DNA of 63,936 bases, counting the filler, from Octopus bimaculoides (taxonomy: Eukaryota), in the NCBI RefSeq assembly GCF_001194135.2. It is 5 parts of 5 records of this genome, joined end to end, with 100 filler letters (N's around TTAATTAATTAA, not from the genome) between each part and the next. Parts side by side here need not be neighbours in the genome. Positions count along the whole stretch, not along the records: positions 24,343 to 44,211 come from NC_068981.1; 4 more parts are not named here. One strand, 5' to 3'. The notes below the pieces were generated by a model, which worked only from the letters and a program-made list of their open reading frames with translations, made no database searches and was not told the DNA's origin. Positions 28,931 through 41,420 of the stretch are shown here, piece after piece (within the stretch, counting starts at the first letter, position 1; every line of letters starts with the position of its first letter). The position numbers and the translations under genes were made by a program.

Positions 28931-29721
28931 GCAGGGATACATCGGGTTTCTTCAGCCCAAAATTTACGCGTCTTGGTTTCACCGAAGTTCCACACCAAGG
29001 ATTGGAATGCACATTCATTAAAGGAGCCACAAACGTAGTAGAAGATGGCCATCATCACTAAGCTATCAAGTATATTTCGGCGATGTTTTATCATTGAAAA
29101 ATTTTAACGTCTGCATGAAAGCTGATAAACTGGTCCTTTTCAAGAAAAATCCCTCGTGACGTTAACTGTCAGGTTTGCTATATTATAAACCGAATAACAT
29201 TAAACTGAATTAGTTTCTCTGCTGATAATAGCGAAATCATTGACCTCGTACAGTGATATAACTTATCCCTGATGACACTGGAATACATAACCTCATACTG
29301 TTACACAACTTCTGACACCATGTCTCCACATACGGTTATATACATTGCATGATGGTGTATTTTTACAAAAGACGATACAAGTTTCGTTATATCACACCCT
29401 CCACTGGAGTTTTTAACAGCCAACCCTCTGCCACGTGACGTCACAGCAGACAGTAGAAAAGTCATTTACACACCTTTCATTCACTTACTAAAACACGCGA
29501 ACCAACCAATGAACCTCCGCGCGTTCATTCGGACAACTAAAAAGAACAGCCAAATTTCCCTTAAATCACACCCTACGTTCTGAGTTCAAATTCTGATGAG
29601 ATCGGCTTTGCCTTTCATCCTTTAGGGGGTGATAAAATAAATACCAGTCGGGTATTGGGGTTGATGTAATCGACTTACGCTCTTCACGAAAGTGCTGGCC
29701 TTACGCTTATTGTAGAAAGGA

Positions 29722-29798
<77 letters not shown>

Positions 29799-30328
29799 GA
29801 GTGAGAGTGCAGTACATGCCATCAAAGTGACTCTGGGATACAAATATACGAAGCCCAGTATACCCATCATCACTACCCGTCTGATAAGGGTATACCAGGC
29901 ACATACATCACAACCATAATGTGCGCGACATAGTGATCTCATATCAAGATAAATAGCGCATGACCTTGCAGGTGGAGTCCATTTTCTTCAGGTCGAGTAG
30001 CCCATTCCGCTCAAAAGATCCCTGAATAAATTTTGTTTAAGGATGTTGAGTAAAACACCCATGTTTCGAAAGGTGAATTATCCAAACCCAAAAGAATTCC
30101 TCTCAACACATGGCTATAATGCTCCCCAACTACTTCTGCTCGTGATCAGAGATGCACATATCGTCAGCCACCAAGGGACATGCTCAACTGATTAAGGTCA
30201 AACAACTGACAAGTAAATCTGTGGTATTGAGCAGAATATTTGCTCAAGACAAAACATGTACATAATAACACTTCCAATCAGTTAAGGTCAGAAGCCATGA
30301 GAGTCAGTGCCTGGTACTGCATAAAGGC
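29799..30328 (-). mobile_element. Abundant non-coding interspersed retroelement with (TAA)n tail
   Basis: Bounded on both sides by (ATT)n arrays. The sequence GAGTGAGAGTGCAGTACATGCCATCAAAGTGAC... matches a common octopus repeat as I recall it. No intact ORF. Confidence 0.55.
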
Positions 30329-30358
30329 ATTATTATTATCATTATTAATTTTTATTAT

Positions 30359-31264
30359 GAAAGCCTGTCGGATAGTTCTTAATTACCGGTTATTCTTTAC
30401 TTGAAAGCAGGCAATGACAAATCACCAAAGGTTTCAGCAGTGCCTTCTCTTGTGACTCAAAGAGACAATACTTTCCTTAGAATGCGAGCTGTACCCAACA
30501 ATGCCTCACAGCAGCTCCAATATTCTTAATATGTTTTTCATAGTTCTTGGAAAGTGCTCTTTGAAAAACATATTAAGAATATTATCTTCATTTCTCTTTT
30601 TCCGTTCCAGAATATTAACATGCTTTCTGGCCTCGTTTATAGGCTGCGTTATTCTCCTTTCCCACCATGGTTCCTTCAGGTTATGTTGACATTTACCTTT
30701 GGCTTTCAAACCTAACTTCCTAGTTATAAAGATCGAGATTGCATTTATAGGGTTGTTGGTGCCTGTCAGTCCTGATATCACCAGTGATATCATTTATCTT
30801 CCAGACCCATTCATTGAGTTTCTTCCTGTCTACTTTTTTAAACCCCGTATGAAAGCTCTGTTCTCCATAGGTCCAAATATCAATGATTTCATTTAAAATG
30901 GATATTTGTTCCTCGGTTCTATCATCGCTACCCAGATCAATAGTCTCAGCCTCATGCTCGTTTTCCTCCTTTAACCCCACTGTCATAGTTTCACTATCTG
31001 CATTCTCTTCCCCATCCTTCCGTTCACCGCTGGTCTTATTATCCCCGTCTCTTAATGCTTTCAACTGAGGATAACCAGCCATTCTTTCTGATGGCTCTAG
31101 CTTGGTCACACAGATTTTGTTCATTTGATTCAAATAGGCCTCTGTCGCTCCATGTCCTGTGCATTCTTTTCCTATATCCCCTAGCGGATGCATCCTTACT
31201 ATTCTCGGATTAACCAAAACGTAGCACTTCATTACAGCCACATTCATTTCTTTCCTTTCGTTCA

Positions 31265-31265
<1 letters not shown>
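30359..31265 (-). mobile_element. Internally deleted R4/Dong-like element (N-terminal ORF region joined to a 3' end)
   Basis: ORFs 30720-31265 and 30506-30793 (EMNVAVMKCY..., KKVDRKKLNEWVWKIN..., KEPWWERRITQPINEARKHVNIL) resemble the pre-RT region of R4-clade proteins. They run without an RT domain into a putative 3' UTR and TAA-type tail at ~30329-30358. Confidence 0.6.
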
Positions 31266-31295
<30 letters not shown>

Positions 31296-32182
31296 TATTG
31301 TCTTTGCACAGCTTCTAACGCTGGAGATGAACTACAGTATCAGTTGTTCACTACCAGTGAACTAAGGTAACCCCTTATTTTTTGAGCACCTTCTAGAGTA
31401 TTCGAGCGGTTCCAAGCAGTGCTGTTTTCTGCAATTGCTCCACCCTTATTGCAGCCTCTATTTGTTCCATATACTTCTCAAGATTTTTACTCACTGTTCC
31501 CAGGGCTCCGACAATTATTGGTACTACTACCACCTTTTTCATTGACCACAACTGTTTAACCTCCCACGCTAACCTGTCATATCTCTTGACTTTTCTTTCT
31601 TCCTTATTGCAGCTAGGCATTGTATATCTATGATCCAGCATCGTTTGCTTTCTTTCTCAATTAACACTATATCTGGTTTCCTATTCTCTATCTCCTGGTC
31701 GCACTGAATGATAAAATCCCATAGGATCTTTGCATTATCATTTTCGATGATGCCTTCGGGTTTATGTTCGTACCACTTCTTTGCTCTGTCAAGTCCATAC
31801 TTGTTGCAAAGTGTCCAATGGACAATCCTTGCAATATTGTCATGACGTCTCTTATATTCCTTCTAGGCTAGTGGCGTACATTGGCTGGTAATATGCCATA
31901 CGGTTTCACCATTTTCTCCACAGATTCTGCACTTATCACTTTCTGATGTGTTGTCTTTTCTGTATTTGATGTAATTCGTTCTTAGTGCTAGCTCTTGGGC
32001 AGCACAGATTTGAACCTCTGTTTCCGGTTTTAAATCACTTTTGGTCATCCATAGCCATCTTTTTTCTCTGTCTGTCTTATCTTCAACATCTCTATGACAT
32101 TGTCTATACAATCTTTTCTTTATCCACCTATTTTCAGTTTCATTCATTCTCTACTTGTACAGTGCTTTATCTTTGCAATCTC

Positions 32183-32183
<1 letters not shown>
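31296..32183 (-). mobile_element. 3' fragment of an R4/Dong-type (RLE) non-LTR retrotransposon
   Basis: Minus strand encodes a CCHC finger (CRICGENGETVWHITSQC), RRHDNIARIVHW, the RLE motif NRKPDIVLIEKESKRCWIIDI and VVVVPIIVGALGTV...QKTALLGTARIL, with stops and frameshifts, then a 3' UTR and (TAA)n tail at 31266-31295. Confidence 0.85.
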
Positions 32184-32272
<89 letters not shown>

Positions 32273-32296
32273 CATTTATTATTATTATTATTATTA

Positions 32297-32379
<83 letters not shown>
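32184..32379. repeat. (ATT)n microsatellite
   Basis: About 195 nt of ATT with a few ATC interruptions; a further array at 29725-29798. Confidence 0.95.
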
Positions 32380-34950
32380 TGTCGTGTGGGTAATCTATAG
32401 CGTATTGTACTGCGTCTATGAATTTTGAGGTTATGTTTCATAAGACGGGGACTATAAGAGCTGAAGTCTGCTACGGTATAAACATTGTGTTTCTGGCATG
32501 TCCAAATGGTCTTCCATTTTTGTTGTTTGCTCGTTGTGCTGGTGGTCTCTGGGTGTGGTTGATGAACAACATTTGTTGACGCATTATGCACTGTTTTGTG
32601 TTTTGTTTTCTAGTTCATTTTCGTTTGTTGTGAAGAGTTTGATGGCTCAGACAGGACTGATATAAGTCATGGTAGAGCTAATGTATTGCTTGTCCGCCAT
32701 TTTTACTGTTGTCTTTCTATTATTGTGGTTAGCTGTGTTTGGTGGATCCAGCTGGACTGACGTAATTCATGGTGAATTTAATGTATTTGTTTGCACGCCA
32801 GTTTTGTTTCTTTCTGTTGACCAAATATGGGACCAGTGAAGAAGCCAGGCGTAACTCTGTATGTATCTCGCTTTTCTCGTTTCTCCTGGTAGTATTGAGT
32901 GCATTTTCCCTCCATATCCTAAACATCCCTTCAACAAGTCTGCCCCAATGAAGTGAATTTAACGATGTCCTCTCCTTTTGAAAGGTTCATGTTTGGCTTC
33001 TCTCAAATCTCTGTTGTCATTTCGTTTTCGTTAGTATGTCTTCTATATGTATTGTTAGTGTTGTGAAAGAGTTATATGTCCAAATATTGTTGTCTTCTGA
33101 GTGTGTGATATTTTTATGTTGCCGAGTGTGTTGGTTGATTTTATTCGATGTTCTCTCGTATTACTGTTCAGAAAGGAGATGATGAATTCAGTAGGTGTAT
33201 TGGGACCAGGTTTCTATGTGATTAATGAAAAGTTGGAGTAATTGTGTTGCTGTATTTGATGAATGGTGACAAAATGTGAGCATGATGTTGTCTACGTGTG
33301 AAAGAGTGGGTGCTTGAAGGTCGTGTACGTAAACATTGAAAAGTAGATGAGGAGACCGATCACCATGGTACTCTATTCAGGAAACTGAAACTTTTCAATG
33401 CATTGTTCTTGTACACTACATAGATCTGACGCCTTGGGAGTTTGCTGGTAAATTTTCTTAAGATGGTGTTGAATATTTTGTGCATAAAAGAGGAACAGGA
33501 ATGAATTCGAAAACTGCTGATGTGGCTAGTTATTAGAATGTACCTGAACGCTATATATTCTCTATGTTAGGTTTGTGAGGAGCGTAGTGATTGTACGTAT
33601 AGGTTTGATTCAGTATTGTGATTTGGAGAGTTGTGTAGGTTAGGGATGTCAAGGATTAACATTTCAAGAATGTTTTAGGATAAACACAGGAAGGGGACAA
33701 ATCTGTGCGTTGTTACGTTACTTGGGTTTTCGTTGAACTATAAAACTGTTACAGTTTAGCCCAGCTTCAAGGTTCTGGAAATTTCACAGTGTTAGTTAGA
33801 TTAGTTGTAGATATTGTTAAGTGCGGTTCTAATCTTTCAGGTTCTAGGAGTTTTAGGTTTGATTGTGATTTTTTTTCTGGTCCTGAGGCCTTTGAGATTT
33901 TAGATTTCCTTATTGCTTTTTAGGTGTCCGACGAATGGAAACGGTCAAAATCGTGCTCTAGGTGGAAGGTGCGTATTTTTCGTTTTGCGTTATTTTTTTA
34001 TGTGGATTTTGGCGACTGATTTCGGAGAATTGTCCCGTCAGGCTCTTTGCTTAGCGTTGCATGTGGATATACTATTTGAGCTTATCATTGTCACATGGGT
34101 GTTGTTGTTGCTGATGTTGCTACTAATTACTCAATATAGTATTTCACTGTTATTGTCTTTTTGGGAGGTGGTTGTCGTTCATGTTAAAAGCCGTTTCTCA
34201 GCTTTCTATTGTTCTACGGTTTATTTTCCATGTTATTTCTTTGTTTAATGGTTTGATGCCGAGTTTTATTTGTGTAGTGTGAGAAGGGGTTAACATATTG
34301 TACTGTCCCTGGTTTTTATTGGGTTGCTCATTTCTGTTATGTAAATGGTGTTGTATTCTTATGTTGTCTCATGGGATACGTTTTTTGAGTGTATTTTACA
34401 ATTATTTTGTTGAATGCATGTACTGCAAGATAATGTTGGTATTTGTGGAGTTTTTATTGTCTTTCATTATAGAATTCATAAAATTTTTTTTTAGTTACTT
34501 TTGCTTCCTTGGTGTGTGAATGTGTTAGTGTGGCTTGTTTAAGATACAAAGGGAGGGTAGTTGTGATGGTGTTATTTTAACTCTTGTGTTGTCTGTACAG
34601 TTTGAAAACCAGGATGCGATGAGTTCACTGAATTCTCTCTCAATATTAATGGTATTTGGAAAAGTGTGTGAAGAGCGTAAACTAGTCAGTGATGGCGTTT
34701 GTGTATTTACGTGTGTGTGTTCATGAATATAGGTGTATGTTATACTAGGTACTGGTCTTATTTAGAATGCTTGCATTTCAAATGTATTGTCGCTTTCTAT
34801 CAGTTTTCAAATGTCTTTTGTAGTATCTATATAATGAGTGCATGATATTTTGTGTGCTATGAGGTCTCCTCTGTTGTAACAGAGTATGTCTGACTTCATC
34901 TGAGTATAATTAAGTGTCCCGTGTTCTCGTTGTAAAATTTAATATTGCTA
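32380..34950 (-). mobile_element. Highly decayed Penelope-like element (RT thumb / GIY-YIG remnants)
   Basis: Broken minus-strand peptides IFNTILRKFTSKLPRRQIYVVYKNNALKSFSFLNRVP..., QYISSTMTYIS...NSA and RLQLL*SRLMKHNLKIHRR resemble the PLE RT-to-GIY-YIG region. Ends at an (ATT)n array. The far boundary is uncertain. Confidence 0.5.
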
Positions 34951-35168
34951 CGTGAATACTAGTTCCATAAAAGTATTTTGTAGGCTGTTAATGTAATATT
35001 GTAATATTTAAAAAATTTTGTATGATGTTTATGTTTTATTTCTGTGCGTGAAAGATTGTATTAAATATATTTACAGCGCCATCTTGTGGCATTGGGAAGG
35101 GAGAAGATACTTAGCTTTTATCCTGTTTTTAACGTTATAATTATTATTTCTGTAATGCCATTTATTTA

Positions 35169-36017
35169 AGAGGGGGTACCCAAAACAAACTGAAATTTTG
35201 CAATATTATTTTAAACACTTAGTTTGACATCTTTACATTTTATCGCCTTCAAAGTATTCTCCATTTGAAGCAATGCATTAGTCCAGACGCGTTTTCCACT
35301 ATTCGAAGTAGTGTTGGAACTCTTGCGAAGCGATGCCTTTTAACGCCTCCGCCGGTTTTTTTTTCTTCGCCTCTTCTACATCTGCATATTCCATAGCACC
35401 AGCTTTCGTCACCAGTGATGACCTTCGAAAAAAGATCCGGATCAACTTCCAGCTGTTCTTTCAGTTCACGACAAGCATTCAGTAGTGACGGCTTTTGCTC
35501 TTCCGTGCAACTCTTTTCATTCGCAATTCCTCGCTCGAAATTCGATGGCAGGAGCTCCAGGACACAACAGTCATATCAACAAGTTCGTCAATTGTTCGCT
35601 GATTGTCCTCTAAAATCAGTTCATGAATTTTCATGATGTTTTTATTCGTTCGGGAGGTCGACAATCGCTCTGAACAAGGTTGGTCTTCAAGTGACAAGTG
35701 ACTGTTCCTAAAGCGTGAAAAACCACTCGTAAACTTGTGTTTTGCTTATGGCAGCATCCTTGTAAGCTGTTAGAAGCATGGCAACTGTTTCGGCCGCCGT
35801 TTTCCCCAGCACAAAACAAAATTTCACAGAAGCATGCTGTTCCTTCGTTTCATCTATCGCAAAAATAGATGAACAGTATGACCGCAACGGACAACACTGG
35901 CTGGTCGGCAGAATGATGCCTGAGGGTCTCATCAAGTGGTTTCTAGCGGCGGAAGCCTGAACTACCACGAGCTTGTCCCACAGAGACCGTTTCCGGTTAC
36001 TTTTGGATAACCTCTCG
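35169..36017 (-). mobile_element. Internally deleted mariner (Tc1/mariner) element
   Basis: Minus-strand frames give a frameshifted mariner transposase N-terminal HTH region (EQHASVKFCFVLGKTAAETVAMLLTAYKDAAISKTQVYEWF...EDQPCSERLSTSRTNKNIMKIHELILEDNQRTIDELVDMTVVSWSSCHRISSEELRMKRVARK). Degenerate ~28-bp TIRs (AGAGGGGGTACCCAAAACAAACTGAAA vs CGAGAGGTTATCCAAAAGTAACCGGAAA), TA on both sides. The catalytic DDD core is absent. Confidence 0.85.
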
Positions 36018-36559
36018 TATGTGGAGATTTCGTAGATGGTTTTGTTTGTATTTGTGCAAATGGTTTGGAAAACACCGTATTTGATAATATGAAAGACACA
36101 CGGGCATATTAGACACGCCCCAATTTCAGGAGTGCATATTCAGGACAAAATTATTTTGAACGCATTGAAGCATAGAGGACCCAAGGTGATTTTTTGAAAC
36201 ACGTTTTGGAAAAAAAAATATGTCTTGTATGCCGTCAAATATGGTAACTTTTCGGGGCTTACAGTTTGTTTCGTGCGAATAAATTGGTTCTGACGTATTC
36301 TGGCGGCGTCCACATTTGCATAAATATTTCACTGTATCTAACCTAAATGGTTCAATCGACAAGCCAGTCGTGACTATCTCGTTTTGTTTTCTCACATTAT
36401 TATATACAGGATTACTTTATTCATTATATCTTCTTTTGGGGCAATAGCATCAGATTTAAAGGAAATTTAACGGCAGTTTTGGCCGAACGAGGGACTGCTT
36501 GGAGTTCATTTACTCGTTTGTCTGTTGATCATTAATGGACGGCTACCTGGCAAGCGATT

Positions 36560-36625
36560 GATGACTAATGCTTATGTCTGCGATGACTAATGCTTATGTC
36601 TGCGATGACTAATGCTTATGTCTGC
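36560..36625. repeat. Perfect 3 x 22-bp tandem repeat
   Basis: (GATGACTAATGCTTATGTCTGC)3. Confidence 0.95.
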
Positions 36626-38309
36626 TCATAGCGCCTGTACGAGAACACGAAATAGCATTCTTTTGATCGGATGGCCTGGTACTTTATCGACACGGCCAGC
36701 TGCGATGTTTTGAAAAATTTTAACATTCCAATGGCGTATGTGAAATCGTTGTTGATGTTTATGATCCTTGTAGTTATTGTTATTGTTGTTGTTATTGTTA
36801 TTGTTATTGTCATTGCTGTCGTCTCAGCATGAAATATGTGTGAATGAAGCAGAAAGAGAGGACAAATATGTGGTATTTTATTTCTATGTGAAAAAAAAAA
36901 TCCTGAAGAAGAAATGAAAAAAAAAACAGATAAGAAGAATATGGGATTGAGATTCCATATCACAGTACATATGTTAGGATCTTCGGTGAAAGTGAAGCGC
37001 GTGCGCGTGTCTGTGTGTGTGTGTGTNNNNNNNNNNNNNNNNNNNNNNNNNNNNNNNNNNNNNNNNNNNNNNNNNNNNNNNNNNNNNNNNNNNNNNNNNN
37101 NNNNNNNNNNNNNNNNNNNNNNNNNNNNNNNNNNNNNNNNNNNNNNNNNNNNNNNNNNNNNNNNNNNNNNNNNNNNNNNNNNNNNNNNNNNNNNNNNNNN
37201 NNNNNNNNNNNNNNNNNNNNNNNNNNNNNNNNNNNNNNNNNNNNNNNNNNNNNNNNNNNNNNNNNNNNNNNNNNNNNNNNNNNNNNNNNNNNNNNNNNNN
37301 NNNNNNNNNNNNNNNNNNNNNNNNNNNNNNNNNNNNNNNNNNNNNNNNNNNNNNNNNNNNNNNNNNNNNNNNNNNNNNNNNNNNNNNNNNNNNNNNNNNN
37401 NNNNNNNNNNNNNNNNNNNNNNNNNNNNNNNNNNNNNNNNNNNNNNNNNNNNNNNNNNNNNNNNNNNNNNNNNNNNNNNNNNNNNNNNNNNNNNNNNNNN
37501 NNNNNNNNNNNNNNNNNNNNNNNNNNNNNNNNNNNNNNNNNNNNNNNNNNNNNNNNNNNNNNNNNNNNNNNNNNNNNNNNNNNNNNNNNNNNNNNNNNNN
37601 NNNNNNNNNNNNNNNNNNNNNNNNNNNNNNNNNNNNNNNNNNNNNNNNNNNNNNNNNNNNNNNNNNNNNNNNNNNNNNNNNNNNNNNNNNNNNNNNNNNN
37701 NNNNNNNNNNNNNNNNNNNNNNNNNNNNNNNNNNNNNNNNNNNNNNNNNNNNNNNNNNNNNNNNNNNNNNNNNNNNNNNNNNNNNNNNNNNNNNNNNNNN
37801 NNNNNNNNNNNNNNNNNNNNNNNNNNNNNNNNGGGGGTGCGAGGGAGGGGGTGCGAGGGTGGGAGAGACTTTGAGGACAATATGCCTCTGTTAATCGTGT
37901 CACAATAAGTGAGAGTTAAATATATGAGACATCACGACTTTAAGCTAAAAGGACTTTATGTAAAAAGGAACAAAATTCCTTTTTTTGTTTTTTGTTTTTT
38001 CATATCAATATATCTGTATTCTGTACACCCGGGGTCACCTTCACTACCGCCATCACCATCACCGACATTTTTTTTCCTTGTCTGTCTTTCCATTTTTTTG
38101 TTGCTTTTTTTGTTTTGTTTTGTTTTTTTGGGGGGGGTTTTTTTTTACACTCTCAGCATGTCAGTGTTATTAAGAAGTCTACAATTCCAAACCTGGTAGG
38201 AAACAAAAACATCTCTTGTGGTATTCTTTGAAGAATTTGTTACATTGTGAACACAGTTTTGTTTGTATGTTTGTATGTTGAACATTAGTGTATGCTTTAA
38301 ACTATCTCT

Positions 38310-38715
38310 ACGTGTATGTATGTATGTATGTATGTATGTATGTATGTATGTATGTATGTACGTAAGTATATATTGTATCAATGTATGTAATGTGTGCGTG
38401 TCTGTATATACGTACGTATGTATATAATGTATATATATGCATGCATGCATGTATGTATGTATGTACATATGTCTGTAATGTATGTATGTATGTACGTATG
38501 TATGTAAGTACATATGTAATGTATGGATGTATATATGTTTGTATTTATGTATATACATATGTATGTAATGTATATATGTATGTCTGTACATATGTATGTA
38601 ATCTATGTATGTATGTATGTATGTATGTATGTGTGCATGTATGCATGTATGTATGTATGTATGTATGTATGTGCATGTGTCTGTAATGTATGCATGTATA
38701 TATGTATGCCTGTAT
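38310..38715. repeat. Degenerate (GTAT)n microsatellite
   Basis: Directly visible; source of spurious MYVC/HTYI ORFs. Confidence 0.9.
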
Positions 38716-40010
38716 GGAAGCATGCCATTGCTTGTGTGAATCTCTATAGTTTGAAATGTACTCGTATATGCGTGCGCATACAAAACTTTGCATGTCTGTC
38801 CGTTTGTATGTATTGGATACATATTACATACTCCAGGCTGAACATCTGAATGTTTCGCATATTTCTTTCACTTCCATTAATGGCTTCTGATTGGGATTTT
38901 CTAATTAGCTGTATCTTCTTAGTTTCGTAAAACTCTGCTTTTTAAGACTGGGTCTTAGGCTGTTACTTATATAACCAAGTTACATAACCAGTAATCACAG
39001 GTGTAGCAAACAGGAGGACATTTTTGCTATTTCATAACATTAACATACGGTATTTGATGACAAAGAAGATGCACTTAGTTTTTAAATGTCATTTAAAAGA
39101 ATCACCCCGAATCCCTTATGCGAAGTTATGCCTCCCATAAGCTTTAATGCACTAAAAGCGTTTTTTTTTTCCTCTCCTGAGTATGTATTACCGAAATTGT
39201 GGGGAGGAGCGTCTAACATGAATTTTCGTATTTTATGCCATCAAATTTGGTAAGATATTGTTTAGCTTATAATTCAGAGAAAATGTACTTTATAATTTCG
39301 ATTTTTTTTGTAATTCTACAGCTAAAAAGAAAAGAAAAATAATCTGTTTATTTCGTACAATGTTCTGCTTTTCATTTTTTCGCCGTTGATGATGTCATCG
39401 CGTCGCGTCCAGCCATGTTGCTTGTAGTGAATCTAAACATGCTGAATCCAGCTTTTAAACAAATATCGTTACGATCTTAAAATAATTTTCTTTTCAATGA
39501 CTCTAATCAGAAGAATCGCCAAATAATCAGCTATTTAATGTTGGAGATGGCAGTCATAGAAAATTCAGTGCATAATCTGCCACACCAAAAATGAGTCGAA
39601 TCGTGTGCGTGTGTCTGTGTGTGTCTCTGTGTGTGTTTGCAGATATTTGTATGTTTATGTGTAGCGGTAGACTGGTAAAATCGTGGAGGCCCTTTTGTAT
39701 TGTGAGTTCAAATCCAGCTGAAATGAACTTCGCCTTTCATCCTTTCTGAGTGAATACATTAACTCATTGGTCAAATACTGACACGGATTTAATATTCCTA
39801 CAAAGCATTCAAAATGTGAATGCAATTGTTAAAGAAGACTAATCCCATATCTATTTTCTACAAAATTGTAATAATTCAAGTGATCAATATTTTGAAAAAG
39901 GATAAAGATGGTATATGGACGAATCGTTTGAGCGCCAAAGAACATGTCCTGAAATATTTTACTTAGTTCTTCCGTCTCTTTTATACCGTTGTTAATATAC
40001 CAACTTTAAG

Positions 40011-40242
40011 AGGCGGTGAGCTGGCAGAAACGTTAGCACGCCGGGCGAAATGCTTGGCGGTATTTCGATGCCGCTACGTTCTGAGTTCAAATTCCGCCGA
40101 GGTCGACTTTGCCTTTCATCCTTTCGGGGTCGATTAAATAAGTACCAGTTACGCACTGGGGTCGATATAATCGACTGAATCCATTTGTCTGTCTTTGTTT
40201 GTCCCCTATGCGTGTAGCCCCTTGTGGGCAGTAAAGAAATAA
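40011..40242 (+). mobile_element. tRNA-derived SINE, family A (Deu/Nin-like central domain)
   Basis: A-box-like TGGCAGAAACG, B-box GAGTTCAAATTCC, core GCCTTTCATCCTTTCGGGGTCGAT...AAGTACCAG. A partial second copy follows at 40243-40356. Confidence 0.8.
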
Positions 40243-40737
40243 CACCGGGCGAAATGCTTAACGGTGTTTCGTCTGTCTTTACGTTCTGAGTTCAAATTCC
40301 GCCGAGGTTGACTTTGCCTTTCGCCCTTTCGGGGTCGATAAATTAAGTACCAGTTGNNNNNNNNNNNNNNNNNNNNNNNNNNNNNNNNNNNNNNNNNNNN
40401 NNNNNNNNNNNNNNNNNNNNNNNNNNNNNNNNNNNNNNNNNNNNNNNNNNNNNNNNNNNNNNNNNNNNNNNNNNNNNNNNNNNNNNNNNNNNNNNNNNNN
40501 NNNNNNNNNNNNNNNNNNNNNNNNNNNNNNNNNNNNNNNNNNNNNNNNNNNNNNNNNNNNNNNNNNNNNNNNNNNNNNNNNNNNNNNNNNNNNNNNNNNN
40601 NNNNNNNNNNNNNNNNNNNNNNNNNNNNNNNNNNNNNNNNNNNNNNNNNNNNNNNNNNNNNNNNNNNNNNNNNNNNNNNNNNNNNNNNNNNNNNNNNNNN
40701 NNNNNNNNNNNNNNNNNNNNNNNNNNNNNNNNNNNNN

Positions 40738-40759
<22 letters not shown>

Positions 40760-40769
<10 letters not shown>

Positions 40770-40915
40770 GACAGGCTTCTTTCAGTTTCCGTCTACCAAA
40801 TCCACTCACAAGGCTTTGGTCGGCCCGAGGCTATAGTAGAAGACACTTACTCAAGGTGCCACACAGTGGGACTGAACCTGTAACCATGTAGTTCGTAAGC
40901 AAGCTACTTATCACA
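40760..40915 (-). mobile_element. SINE family B, 5' half
   Basis: Reverse-complement family-B head adjacent to (AT)n and a gap. Confidence 0.7.
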
Positions 40916-41420
40916 CCCGCTGCGGCTGACCTTGCCTTTCATCCTTCCGGGTATCGATAAAGTAAGTACCAGTTGATCACTGGGGTCGATATAATCGACT
41001 TATCCCTCCCCTGATATTGCTGACCTTGTGTAAAAACTGGAAACCATCATTAGTATACCGATTCCATTCTATAGAACTTCTAAGTAAAATTCTACTGAAA
41101 CATGAATCCAAAGTTTTGCGCGGATTATTATTTCTTGCAACTTATCCTTTATTTTTCTACAACTTGCACCAACTATTTCATATTGTCCTATATTTCAGAG
41201 ACCCCCACCTTCTTTTAAATACCTTCTCATCACCTGTTTCCTATCATCAGCGCATTAACTAAAACATTTTACACATCCCTCTAACCATCTGAACTACAAA
41301 GGTCCCCGTTGTTTGTGGGTAAAGCGAATGGTGAGGAATTTTCTTATATATATAAAGGAGGCATTGAATTAAAAGTAAATGTATTAAGACATTAATTTCA
41401 AATTTTGCACAAGGTCACAA

